The notes under the pieces: generated by a model
Told to the model about the DNA's origin: nothing
The model's database searches: none
The model's input: only the letters and a program-made list of their open reading frames with translations
Translations under genes and position numbers: made by a program
Assembly (NCBI GenBank): GCA_963715985.1
Contig: CAVQSP010000013.1
Span: forward strand, 64,001-128,000
Source: an uncultured Thermoleophilia bacterium
Lineage (GTDB): Bacteria > Actinomycetota > Thermoleophilia > UBA2241
Reading direction: 5' to 3'
Length of the DNA: 64,000 nt
Part shown: positions 10,745-20,291 of the stretch, piece by piece
Layout: each line of letters opens with the position of its first letter
How positions within the stretch are numbered: position 1 is the stretch's first letter

Positions 10745-11572
10745 GTGAGGCTCGCGCGCACCGCCGCGCTGGTCATGCTCGCCGCCGGTCTGGTGGCCGC
10801 CGCCGCGGCCTCCGCGCCGTCCCCCGCGGCGGCACAGCTGCAGCGCGCGGCCGCGGCGCGCGCGAGCGCCTCCAACAGCCTCCGCGAGTGGTGGTTCACT
10901 CCCAAGGGAGCCCATCGGCGGCCTGGGATCCCCTCCACCGCGGCGCGGCTCGCGCGCACCTACTCCGCTCTCTGGATCGGGCCGCGCCGGGACAAGGTCG
11001 TCTACCTCACGTTCGACGAGGCGTACGAGATGGGGACCACGGCGCGCATCGTCGGCATCCTGGACAGGGCCCACGTGAAGGCGACCTTCTTCGTGACCGG
11101 GCAGTACGTCCGCGCCAACCCCGCCCTCTCGCGACGCCTGGCGGCGCACGGGGAGGTCGTGGGGAATCACACCGGCACGCACGCCGACATGGTCCTCAAG
11201 GCCCGCGACCGCAGCGCCTTCACCGCCGAGCTGCGCGCCACGGAGCGCGCCTATCGCGCGGCCACCGGCCGCCCCCTGGCGCGCCTGTTCCGGCCGCCGT
11301 TCGGGCGCTACAGCGCCCGCGTGCTACAGCTTGCCCAAGAGTTGGGCTACACCACCGTGTTCTGGAGCTTCGCGCACGGCGACTACGACGACGACGCCCA
11401 GCCGCCGGCCGGCGTCACCCTGAAGCGCGTTTTGGACGCAGGCTATCCGGGCGCGTTGTACCTGCTGCACGCCTCCTCGCGCAGCAACGTCGACGCCCTT
11501 GCGCGGGCGATCAGCGGTCTCAAGGCACGGGGCTTCCGCTTCGGCACCCTGGACGAGTTGGCCGCCCTCTGA
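10745..11572 (+). CDS. Secreted polysaccharide/peptidoglycan deacetylase (CE4, PdaA-like)
   Basis: Signal peptide; NodB motifs 'VYLTFDEAYEMG', 'GNHTGTH', 'FRPPFG', 'VFWSFAHGDYD', 'LYLLH'. Confidence 0.9.
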   Translation: MRLARTAALVMLAAGLVAAAAASAPSPAAAQLQRAAAARASASNSLREWWFTPKGAHRRPGIPSTAARLARTYSALWIGPRRDKVVYLTFDEAYEMGTTARIVGILDRAHVKATFFVTGQYVRANPALSRRLAAHGEVVGNHTGTHADMVLKARDRSAFTAELRATERAYRAATGRPLARLFRPPFGRYSARVLQLAQELGYTTVFWSFAHGDYDDDAQPPAGVTLKRVLDAGYPGALYLLHASSRSNVDALARAISGLKARGFRFGTLDELAAL

Positions 11573-11624
11573 CGGGTTTGACCGGGGGCAGATTCGTGAC
11601 GACGCACGAGGGAGGAGACGGCCG

Positions 11625-11915
11625 GTGGACATTCGCGCATCCGACGAGGTGGCGGCGTTCGTCTCGGAGCATGGCGGAAGCCTGTACGTGTGGACGTCCA
11701 CGCACCGCTGCTGCACCGGCCCTCTCACCCTTCTGGAGACCGCCGTGGAAGCGCCGGGACGCGGCGCCCATGCGTTCCGCCGCGTCTCCGCCGACGGCTT
11801 CGACGTCCTGCTCGACACCGGTCCCCGCCGGGCGCCGCGCGAGCTCGTCCTCGAACTGAACCGGCGTCGCACCAAGGTCAACGCCTACTGGGACGACGTG
11901 GCGTTCGTCGAGTGA
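11625..11915 (+). CDS. Small hypothetical protein with vicinal Cys-Cys motif
   Basis: RBS GGAGGAG, GTG 11625; 96 aa 'MDIRASDEVAAFVSEHGGSLYVW...HRCCTG'. Confidence 0.75.
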   Translation: MDIRASDEVAAFVSEHGGSLYVWTSTHRCCTGPLTLLETAVEAPGRGAHAFRRVSADGFDVLLDTGPRRAPRELVLELNRRRTKVNAYWDDVAFVE

Positions 11916-11964
11916 TCGCGGCGGCGGGGCTGGTCCCGGACGACCCCGGGCCCGGCGCAGCTAC

Positions 11965-11993
11965 TTGCGAAGGAGTTGCAGGTGCCGTACTGT
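11965..11993 (+). promoter_or_regulatory. Sigma70-type promoter overlapped by a Nur/Fur-like operator
   Basis: -35 TTGCGA (11965-70), 17 nt, -10 TACTGT (11988-93), ATG 7 nt later (leaderless); inverted repeat TTGCGA-N5-TTGCAG at 11965-11981. Confidence 0.7.
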
Positions 11994-12000
11994 CGCACGC

Positions 12001-12459
12001 ATGCATCACGCGCGCGCCACACTCCGCGAGCAGGGCTACCGGCTCACGCCGCAGCGCAACCTCATCTGGGAGGTGCTGCGCGACGCCGGCCGCCACGTGA
12101 CGGCCGAAGAGGTGGCGGCCGAGGTGCGACGCACCCTGCCGGACGTGAACGTGTCCACCGTGTACCGCACTCTGGAGCTGCTCGTGAGCCTCGACTTGGT
12201 GGTGGAGACGCGCCTCGAGGGTAGCGCCGTGTACTACGAGGTGTCGCCGGAACCCACCCACCACCACTTCGTCTGCACGAGTTGCGGCGCCGTCGGGCAC
12301 TTCGGCGACGAGCTTCTCGCTCCGGTTCACGAAGAGCTATCCGCGAACCAGGTCTTCGCCGTGAGTCATATCCAGGTCACGGCGTTCGGGCTCTGCCGCG
12401 AGTGCCGGGGCCTGGAGGACCTCGCCGCCCCGGCGACCGGCGGCGAACGGCCCATCTAG
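12001..12459 (+). CDS. Fur-family metal-responsive repressor (Nur/Zur-like)
   Basis: 'GYRLTPQR', 'STVYRTLELL', 'HHHFVCTSCG', 'GLCREC'. Confidence 0.95.
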   Translation: MHHARATLREQGYRLTPQRNLIWEVLRDAGRHVTAEEVAAEVRRTLPDVNVSTVYRTLELLVSLDLVVETRLEGSAVYYEVSPEPTHHHFVCTSCGAVGHFGDELLAPVHEELSANQVFAVSHIQVTAFGLCRECRGLEDLAAPATGGERPI

Positions 12460-12479
12460 GACCCGCAGAAGGAGCATCG

Positions 12480-13527
12480 ATGGACATCGTCGCCATGCAC
12501 ATCCCCGACGGCTACCTTGGGCCGCAGACCTACCTGGTCCTCTGGGTCGTCATGATCCCCATCTGGTTCATCGCCGCGCGTAAGGTCAAGAAGACGCTCA
12601 AGACGAGGCAGATACCGCTCCTCGCGCTCGGCGCCGCGTTCTCCTTCGTCATCATGATGTTCAACGTGCCGGTGGTGGGAGGCTCCACCGGTCACGCCGT
12701 CGGGGCGACGCTGATCGCGATCATCCTCGGCCCCTGGGCGGCGGTGATCGCCGTGTCCATCGCGCTGGTGATCCAGGCAGGGCTCTTCGGCGACGGCGGC
12801 ATCACGGCCATCGCTGCCAACTGCTTCAACATGGCGGTCGTCATCCCGTTCGTCGGCTACTACCTCTACCGTCTGATCGGCGGAGACGCGCCGTCATCGT
12901 CACGCCGTGTCGTCTCGGCGGGCGTGGCCGCCTACGCTGGCCATCGTGGCGGGGGCGATCGTCGCCGGGTTCGAGTTCGGCATCCAGCCCTACATCGCCC
13001 ACACGGCGAGCGGCCAGGCACTCTACGCCCCCTACAAGCTCAACGTGGCGGTGCCGGCCATGGCGCTGGAGCACCTCCTGTTCTTCGGCTTCGTCGAGGC
13101 CGTCGTCACCATGGGCGTGGTGGCGGCGCTGGCGAGGACCGAGCCGGAGCTGCTGCAGATGAAGCCGGCCGCGAAGCCCCTGCGCTGGCTCTGGGCCGGC
13201 ATCGGTGTGCTGATTCTCCTCACGCCCATCGGCGCCCTCGCGCCGGGCACCGCCTGGGGCGAGTGGGGTGGCGAGGAGCTCGACTCGCTGGTCGGCTACG
13301 TGCCTTCGAACCTCGAGAAGCTGGGCGGCCTCTGGAAGGCGGCGATGCCCGACTACGCCACCCCGGGGGTGAGCAACACCTTGCTCGGCTATTTCATCGC
13401 GGCCGTTGTCGGGGTGGCGCTGACGGTGGGCGTCACGTGGGGCGTTGGGGCGCTGCTGGCGCGTCGCCGCGGGGCCGACGCGGACCCGGCATCGCCGCCG
13501 ACACCGCCTACGGTCCCGGCTGGGTGA
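12480..13527 (+). CDS. cbiM: Ni/Co ECF transporter substrate component NikMN/CbiM fused to a PDGLE-like domain (frameshift ~12935)
   Basis: 'MHIPDGYL', 'MMFNVPVVGGSTGHAVG', 'IQAGLFGDGGITA', 'AWGEWG...MPDY'. Confidence 0.9.
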
Positions 13528-14408
13528 GCGCGCCCTGCCCGTGCTGCCAGGCTGACGTCGCGCCCGCCGTCCGCCGTCGCGGCGGGCGCTCGCTCGCGCG
13601 CAAGACGGCCGCGTCGGTCGCCGGCGCCATCACGGACGTGCTCCAGAACGAGGAGCTGGCCGCTCGCCCGGGCCTGCTCCAGGGCCTCGACCCGCGGGTC
13701 AAGCTGCTCACCCTCGTCCTCTTCGCCGTCACCGCCAGCCTCGTGCACGCGGTGTGGGCGCTGCTGGCGCTGGTCGCGGTGACGCTCGTCCTCGCAGCGG
13801 CTTCCCGGGTGGGCGTCGGCTCGTTCGCGCGCAAGGTGTGGCTCTCCGCCGGCCTGCTCGCGCTCCTCATCGCGCTGCCCTCGGCGCTCTCGGTCTTCAC
13901 GCCGGGGGCCGCCGTGATCTCGCTGGGGCCGCTGGCGCTCACCGAGCCGGGGCTCATGGGCGTCGCGACGCTGGTCACGCGCGTCGCCGCCGCCGCCGGG
14001 TTCGCCCTGCTGATCATCTGGACGATGCGCTGGCCCGACCTGCTTCGGGCCCTGAGCGCCCTGCGGATGCCCGACGTCGTCGTCGCCACCCTGGCGATGA
14101 CGCAGAAGCAGATCCTCACCCTGCTGCGCACCGTGGAGCAGATCCACCTGGCGCGCGAGAGCCGCACGCTGACGCTCGGCACAACGCGAGCGAACCGGGA
14201 CTGGGTGACGGAGCGCATGGCCTTCGTCGTGCGCAAGTCGATGAAGACCGCGGACGACGTCTACGATGCCATGCTCTCGCGCGGGTTCACCGGCGCGATG
14301 CCGTCGCTCGCGCGCCTGCGTCTGCGCGCGCGCGACTGGATGTGGACGGCGGCGAGCGTAGCGCTCTGCGCCGCCGTCCTCTACGCCGACCGCGGGGTCG
14401 GGCCGTGA
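13524..14408 (+). CDS. cbiQ: Ni/Co ECF transporter T component
   Basis: 'GLLQGLDPRVKLL', 'ARESR', 'VYDAMLSRGFTG'; GTGA overlap with previous gene. Confidence 0.9.
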   Translation: MSAPCPCCQADVAPAVRRRGGRSLARKTAASVAGAITDVLQNEELAARPGLLQGLDPRVKLLTLVLFAVTASLVHAVWALLALVAVTLVLAAASRVGVGSFARKVWLSAGLLALLIALPSALSVFTPGAAVISLGPLALTEPGLMGVATLVTRVAAAAGFALLIIWTMRWPDLLRALSALRMPDVVVATLAMTQKQILTLLRTVEQIHLARESRTLTLGTTRANRDWVTERMAFVVRKSMKTADDVYDAMLSRGFTGAMPSLARLRLRARDWMWTAASVALCAAVLYADRGVGP

Positions 14409-15260
14409 CGCCGGCAACGCCCGACTTCGAGCTCGTCGGCGTCAGTCACGAGTATCGGGCCGGCGGTGCTTCGCTGGCCGGCCTCGACCTCACCATCCAG
14501 CCCGGCGAGCATGTGGCCGTGGTGGGCGCCAACGGCACCGGCAAGTCCACGCTGCTCAAGATGCTGGACGGCCTCGTCTTCCCCTCGGCCGGCGAGATCC
14601 GCGCCTTCGGCGCCTCGCTCACCGAGGACGCCCTCGAGGACCCGGCCTATCGCCGCGCCTTCCGCGCCCGCGTCGGCTTCGTCTTTCAGGAGGCCGACGT
14701 GCAGCTCTTCTGCTCCGACGCCTTCGACGAGCTTGCGTTCGGCCCGATCCAGCTCGGCCTGCCCGAAGACGAGGTGCGCCGTCGGGTGAGGGCGGCCGCG
14801 GAGGAGCTGCACATCGAGAAGCTCCTCGACCGGCCTCCCTACACGCTCTCCGGCGGCGAGAAGAAGCGCGTGGCCATCGCCTCCATCATCACGATGCAGC
14901 CGCGCGTGCTGCTCCTCGACGAGCCGACCAACGCCCTCGACCCGCGCAGCCAGGTGTGGCTGCTCGACCTGCTCGAGGACTGGCGCGGCGAGGGCCGCAC
15001 CGTGGTCATGGCCACGCACGACCTCTCCGCCGCTGCGGAGGCGGCCGACCGCATCGTCGTGCTCTCCGAGGAGCACGTGCTGGTCGCCGACGGGACGCCC
15101 GAGGAGGTCCTGACCCAGCGCGAGTTGCTGCTGGAGGTCAACCTCATCCACGAGCACACGCATCGGCACGCCTCCACGGCGCACCGGCACGCGCACGCGC
15201 ACGGGCCGGGCGCCGACCCGCTGGCGGCACACGGGCACGGGCGGCGCTGGGCCGGGCTGA
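14405..15260 (+). CDS. cbiO: Ni/Co ECF transporter ATPase with His-rich tail
   Basis: GANGTGKST, LSGGEKKRVAIA, LLLDEPT; tail HEHTHRHASTAHRHAHAH. Frame reads to 15484, but the real stop is probably TGA 15258-60 after an indel. Confidence 0.9.
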
Positions 15261-15425
15261 AGCGGCCGCTGAGCAGGCGCCGTCTCTCCGCCAGCGTCCC
15301 CGGGCGGCCTCAGCGGGGCGTGGTCCGGCCGCCAGCCGACCCAACGGTCGGCGGTGCCGCCGCGGGAGGAGAGTCAGGGTGCCCGACCCGTCTGGCCGTC
15401 GTCCGCCATGGTGAATCGAAATCAG

Positions 15426-16384
15426 TCAGCGGTTCTTCTGCTGCCGCCGTCCGAGGTCGAAGCTGTACGTGCCGGTCCCGGTGAGCACGTTGCCGCTGGC
15501 GGTGCCCGAAGACCAGTGGACGTCCCACTGTGAGGAGCCGCCGGCCACCTGGTCGCCGGTCTGGGTGAAGACGATCCGGGTGTGACCATGCGATGGAGCG
15601 TCTACCAGATTCCCGACCAGTCCGGCTCGGCGAGCGCGGCCCGCAGGTTCTTCCACGCATCGCCGGAGAACGCCTTGTCGGTCAGGTACGCGTCCTTGAT
15701 GTCCTCCGCGTTCACGCTGAACCCGAACCAGTTCTTCATCAGATCCAGGTCGGGCGGGTACTTCTTGGTCTCTTCAAGCTTCGTGGCGGCGTAGTCCATC
15801 TTCTCGAGGTACGTCTTCCAGATCTCCGCGAGCTCCGCGACCGAGGCGCCGGCCTTGGCCTTCTTCTCCAGCTGTTCGAGCCACGGCAGGGCCTCGTTGG
15901 CGACGGACGCCATGTACTCGATGTTGCGCTCCTGGAAGAGCCTGTCAGCGTTGGTCTGGTCGTCACCCCTCTGGTCTTCGATGGCATGCGTGACCTCGTG
16001 CCACACGGTCCCACCCCACGCCATCTGGGCGCTGGCAGGCAACTTGCGTGGATCCCTGGAGAGGGTGAGGACGTTGGGCTCGGGGCCGTACCGGGCGTTG
16101 AGCCTCTTCCCCTCCTTGTCGCGCAGATCGGGGTCGATGACGATCTTGCACTGCGCGAGTCGCACGCGGTAGAGCTTCGCGGCGCCGAGATCGGTGGCGG
16201 GCGCGAAGCCGTCCTTGTCGAACTGGGTCATGTAGCTCTTCATGATGCCGTAGGCGCTGCCGTGCAGGGTCTTGGGCGCGGCCAGCGCCGGGGCGACGCC
16301 GACCAGAGTCAAGACGAGCGTGGCGACGCACGCTCCCAGCAGCAGCCGCAGATACCCGGCCCGACGACGACCTTCCCCTTCCAT
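15426..16384 (-). CDS. Secreted HEXXH (zincin-like) protein with frameshifted C-terminal domain
   Basis: RBS AGGAG, signal peptide '..VLTLVGVAPALA', 'VWHEVTHAIED'; continues in ORF 15426..15656. Confidence 0.65.
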
Positions 16385-16537
16385 CTCCTGCCTCCTGTCA
16401 CCGCACTCTCTCTGAGCTGGGACCCCGCAGTGGCCCCGGCAGTTCCGATAGCGGCAAGTGCATGGGGCGTCGGAATGGAGCGAGCGCTCAAGTACGCCGC
16501 GCCCAAGACGCGCGGGAAGGGCGTACTCGCAGCGCGG

Positions 16538-18235
16538 CTATCTCACGATCAGCGTCGCCCTCCCGACCTTGCTGGCGCTGTTGCCGGCGAGGTCCTCGCC
16601 GGTCACGACGATCTGGTAGATCCCGAGCGGCAGCGTGCACTTGAACTTCACCGTCCACCAGCCGTCATAGTTGTCGTCGTAGTCCCAGGACCAGCTCTTC
16701 TTCACGGCCCCGGTCAGCGTCGTGATGTCGACCTGCGACGTCACCTGGTCGCTCAGCGCGTCGTACACCTTGAAGTAGATCTTGATCGTCTTGCCGCGCT
16801 TCACCGAGGCGTTCCTGGCGGCGCAGACGGGGCCGACCAGGTCGCCGCCTCCGCCGCCCTTGGGGTAGATCCAGTTGATGCCGGCGACGTCGCCGGGCGT
16901 CAGGGCACGCACCACCCACTCGTTGTCGCCGTAGCCGTACATGACCTTGGCCGTGTCACCGGACCCGTACAGGTCGCGCAACTTGAGCCAATGGCCCACC
17001 TCGTGCGTGGCGATCGACTGGATGTCCATCGTCCCCGAGCCGGGGGAACCGTCAGCCCAGTCGTAGTCGTTGTTGAACTGGATGTCGGCCTCGGAGATGA
17101 TGCCGCCGGAGCTGCTGCTGCTCGACTGTGCGATGGTCGCGGCGGGCAGCGACGACGACCAGGAGATGACGTTGCGGCCGTCGTCGGCGAGGCCCGCGCT
17201 CGTCCGGCCGCCGTCCACGAACGTGAAGCCCGAACCGGCGCTGTTCCAGACGGCCGTGCCGGCGTCCACCAAGGTCTCGCGCAGCGAGTCGTCCACGCCG
17301 GAGGTGTTCACGTAGTAGGTGACGCGCGGCGTCGCCCACTTGCGCAGGCCGTAGCCGAACGGCACCGAGAAGCCGAACGGGTTGGACTCGAGGCCGGAGC
17401 CGGTGGTGACCACGACCGGGCCCGAGCCGGCCGAGGCCGAGTAATTCGCGATCGTGGCGACGGGCACGACGCAGTCGATGCGCGTGTCGCTCCACGAGCT
17501 CACCACGCCGGCAGGGATGCGCGTGCCCTCATCGCTGTCGTACGTGAACTCGACCGTGCCTCTTGAAGCGCCGAAGCCTTGGCCGCCGATGACGACGTGC
17601 GTGTCCGTGCCGGCGGAGGCCTCACCGGGGGTGATGGAGGTGATGGTGGGGGCGGAAGCACCACGCGGCGGCGCGAGAGGCGCGGGCGCCGGTCCGGAGG
17701 CGCCCGTCCGAGCCCTGGATGGGTCGAGCGCCGTCGCGATGCGGCCGTTCAGGGTGGCCAGCTTCTCGCCGCTGCCGGCCACACGGCCATCCTCCACCGT
17801 GATCTTGCCCTGGAAGCCGGCGATCACCCAGCCGCGCACGTCGACGAACACGCAGCACTCCTCACCCTGCGAGAACGAGGGCATGGCGTCGACGATGACC
17901 TGCGTGCCGTCCGGCAGCGTGCCGCCGGGCACGTAGAAGGTGGCGACGCGGCCGGGCGCACCCTTGAGCGCCTCGGCCACGCGCAGGCGCACGGCGGTGC
18001 GCACCTGGCCGCCGGCCTCTTCGACGCTCGTCGAAAGTACCGTGCCCTCGACGATGAGGGTGGCGTGCCGCGCCAGCTGCCCGACGCCCATCTGCTCCAG
18101 GGTGGTGGCCTGCGCCGCGGCGGGCAGGAGGAGCGCCAAAGCCAGGAGGAGGAACACGCACGCCCCCCCGGCAGATCGTGCGGCTCGCGACGACCGCGGT
18201 CGCCCTGTGCCTCGCACTCCTCGTCCTGCCATCAT
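16538..18235 (-). CDS. Secreted matrixin-like metalloprotease with IPT domain and type-A C-terminal domain
   Basis: Signal peptide; IPT 'PTITSITP'; 'EADIQFN', 'DIQSIATHEVGHWLKLRD...VMY'; tail 'GEDLAGNSASKVGRATLIVR'. Confidence 0.85.
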   Translation of the reverse strand: MMAGRGVRGTGRPRSSRAARSAGGACVFLLLALALLLPAAAQATTLEQMGVGQLARHATLIVEGTVLSTSVEEAGGQVRTAVRLRVAEALKGAPGRVATFYVPGGTLPDGTQVIVDAMPSFSQGEECCVFVDVRGWVIAGFQGKITVEDGRVAGSGEKLATLNGRIATALDPSRARTGASGPAPAPLAPPRGASAPTITSITPGEASAGTDTHVVIGGQGFGASRGTVEFTYDSDEGTRIPAGVVSSWSDTRIDCVVPVATIANYSASAGSGPVVVTTGSGLESNPFGFSVPFGYGLRKWATPRVTYYVNTSGVDDSLRETLVDAGTAVWNSAGSGFTFVDGGRTSAGLADDGRNVISWSSSLPAATIAQSSSSSSGGIISEADIQFNNDYDWADGSPGSGTMDIQSIATHEVGHWLKLRDLYGSGDTAKVMYGYGDNEWVVRALTPGDVAGINWIYPKGGGGGDLVGPVCAARNASVKRGKTIKIYFKVYDALSDQVTSQVDITTLTGAVKKSWSWDYDDNYDGWWTVKFKCTLPLGIYQIVVTGEDLAGNSASKVGRATLIVR

Positions 18236-18300
18236 GCACCTCCTGCCCCGCATCTCACGATGCTGGTCATCGACTCGCTCGTGATGTGGTGATTGTGAGT

Positions 18301-18328
18301 GAATCGGCGTGCGACCGCCACGACTTTA
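18301..18328 (-). promoter_or_regulatory. Sigma28 (FliA/WhiG)-type promoter for the matrixin gene
   Basis: Minus strand TAAA-N16-GCCGATTC, about 65 nt upstream of the ATG. Confidence 0.75.
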
Positions 18329-18505
18329 TCCATCGTACCCGCACGGGCGCCTCCGGCGTGCCGCAGATCGGCCGACCGGCCTGGTCGCCGGGCGCGGCGG
18401 CAGATGGCATACTGCTCGGCAGGTCCCGACTCTCGCGGCCCCGGAGGTCTCTCGTCAGCAGGCCCAAGGCAACCATCTCTGCTCACCTATCGGCTCGCGG
18501 TCCGC

Positions 18506-20038
18506 GTGGCGTTGTCGAGCTGCGCCGCGCCGCCGGCGTCGTGGTCCCGGCGGCGCTCGCCTGCGCGCGCCGCCGCGCTGCTCGCCGCCGTCATCTGCGG
18601 CGCCCCGGTCGCGGCTGCCGCCCCGGCTGCGCTCGTGACCCCGGCTCAGGACGCTTCCGGCGCGCTGTTCGCCGGGTCGCCCGCTCCCGGCAGCGGCGGC
18701 TGGTACTGGCCCATCGGCACCGAGGACTTCGGCAGCTACGCCGGGTTCCTGGCGCCGCGCGGCCAGAACGTGCATGTGGCGCAGGACATGCACGCCAAGA
18801 GGGGCAGCCCCGTCTACGCCGTCGGCGACGGCACGGTGTGGATCTCGCGCGCCGACACCGGCGGCTACGGCCCCAACGGCACGCCGGGCGGCTGCATCAT
18901 CATCGTCCACCGTACGGGCGCCGGGGAGGAGTTCCGGGCGCTGTACGGGCACGTGTCCAAGCTTCTGGTCAAGGACGGGGAGCGCGTGACGGCGGGCCAG
19001 AGGCTCGCGGTGGTCAACGGCTGCGACCACCTGCACTTCGGCATCCACCCGGACGAGGTCTACCGCGGCAAGAACCCGTACGCCGGCGAGGTGCCCAAGA
19101 GCTGGAAGGATCACGGCGGCTTCGTCGACCCCGTCGAGTACCTGCGCTCGCATCCGCGCGGGGCGAGCTACGCGGCGCCCGCGCTGCCGGTGTTCAGGGT
19201 CAAGACGGGCGCCGCACCGGCGGGCTTCGGCGCCGCCGCCGGCGTGGCCTACTGGACGGAGACGACGGGTACGGCGCCTGGGACGTATGCGGTGGACCTC
19301 GCCGGTGGCGAGCGGAGGGCGCTGGCGGCCGGCGAAGCGCCGCCGCCGTTCGACGCGGCTCGTTACCCCGTCAGCCTGCTCGCCGCCCCGGCGGTCGGCT
19401 TCGCCGTGCGCGACCGGCTGCCCGTGCTGACGCTCGCAGCGGCGTCCGAGGCCCCGGCCTGGGGTACGCCCGTGCGGTTGACCGGCAGACTGACCAACGC
19501 CGCGACCAAGCCGTTCCTGCTGGCCGGCGTGCGGCTGGAGAGGCTCGCCGGCTCCGCGTGGAAGGCAGTGGCCACGGCGCGCACGGACGCCGACGGCGCT
19601 GTGACCTTTGCGTACACGCCCGCGACGCGGACCACCCTGCGCGTCTCGTTTCTCCTGCCGGCCGACCAGCCGGCCGGGGCGACCTACGTGGCGCCGGAGG
19701 CGCCGGAGGTCGCCGTCGCCCCCAAGGTCCGGCTGAGTGCGCCTGTCGTCCCGGCCGCCGTGGCGCTGCGCGTGCCGGCGGCCTTCAGCGGCACCCTCGT
19801 GCCGCGTCACGCCGCCGGCGACGCCCCCGTGCGCCTGGAGTTCCAGCGCCTCAAGGAGGGCGCGTGGGCGGCCGCCAAGACCGTGAAGGGCACGGTCGCG
19901 GACGCGGCCGCCGGCTCCGCCTACTCGGCCGCCGTCAGTCTGAGCGCGGCCGGCAGCTGGCGGGTGCGTGCAGTGCACCCGGCCGACGCCGCCCACGCCG
20001 CGACCAGCACGGAGTGGCGCGTGTTCACCGTGCGCTGA
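18506..20038 (+). CDS. Secreted M23 family metallopeptidase with type-B C-terminal domain
   Basis: 'WYWPIG', 'HVAQD', 'GSPVYAVGDG', 'ALYGHVS', 'HLHFGI', 'VDPVEYL'; start uncertain. Confidence 0.85.
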   Translation: MALSSCAAPPASWSRRRSPARAAALLAAVICGAPVAAAAPAALVTPAQDASGALFAGSPAPGSGGWYWPIGTEDFGSYAGFLAPRGQNVHVAQDMHAKRGSPVYAVGDGTVWISRADTGGYGPNGTPGGCIIIVHRTGAGEEFRALYGHVSKLLVKDGERVTAGQRLAVVNGCDHLHFGIHPDEVYRGKNPYAGEVPKSWKDHGGFVDPVEYLRSHPRGASYAAPALPVFRVKTGAAPAGFGAAAGVAYWTETTGTAPGTYAVDLAGGERRALAAGEAPPPFDAARYPVSLLAAPAVGFAVRDRLPVLTLAAASEAPAWGTPVRLTGRLTNAATKPFLLAGVRLERLAGSAWKAVATARTDADGAVTFAYTPATRTTLRVSFLLPADQPAGATYVAPEAPEVAVAPKVRLSAPVVPAAVALRVPAAFSGTLVPRHAAGDAPVRLEFQRLKEGAWAAAKTVKGTVADAAAGSAYSAAVSLSAAGSWRVRAVHPADAAHAATSTEWRVFTVR

Positions 20039-20148
20039 GTCCCAGACTGCTCCTCCGCGTCACAGGGACCTCCGTCCGGCGCCGCCGATGGATGTGGCAT
20101 GCGGCGTGTCTCGGTGCTATGGTCTTCGGGCTGAGTCACAGCGAGGCA

Positions 20149-20252
20149 GCCCGGACGAACGTCGCGTGAGAGTCCGCGTGAGCGGACGCCGAAGGGGCAA
20201 GGCGCTTGCAGCGCCGAAACTCTCAGGCCAACGGAACGCGGCGGGACGGGCC
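20149..20252 (+). ncRNA. Glycine riboswitch (single aptamer)
   Basis: GGACGAA leader; P1 CGTCGCGT/ACGCGGCG; GAGAG...CGCCGAAGGGGCAA...GAAACTCTCAGGC core; GGACGGG linker; directly upstream of gcvH. Confidence 0.92.
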
Positions 20253-20291
20253 CCCGGATGATCAGGCGCCGCCGCCGCGGCGCCGGCCGTC

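Noticed and set aside
1409-12459. Genome-wide TAG recoding or pyrrolysine
   Set aside because: TAG ends intact genes at 12459, 16538 and 49472, and no pyl genes are in the window.
18400-18481. Possible ncRNA hairpin between the matrixin and M23 genes (AGATGG/CCATCT, CTGCT/AGCAG)
   Set aside because: Pairing is short and irregular for GC-rich DNA, with no recognisable family motif.
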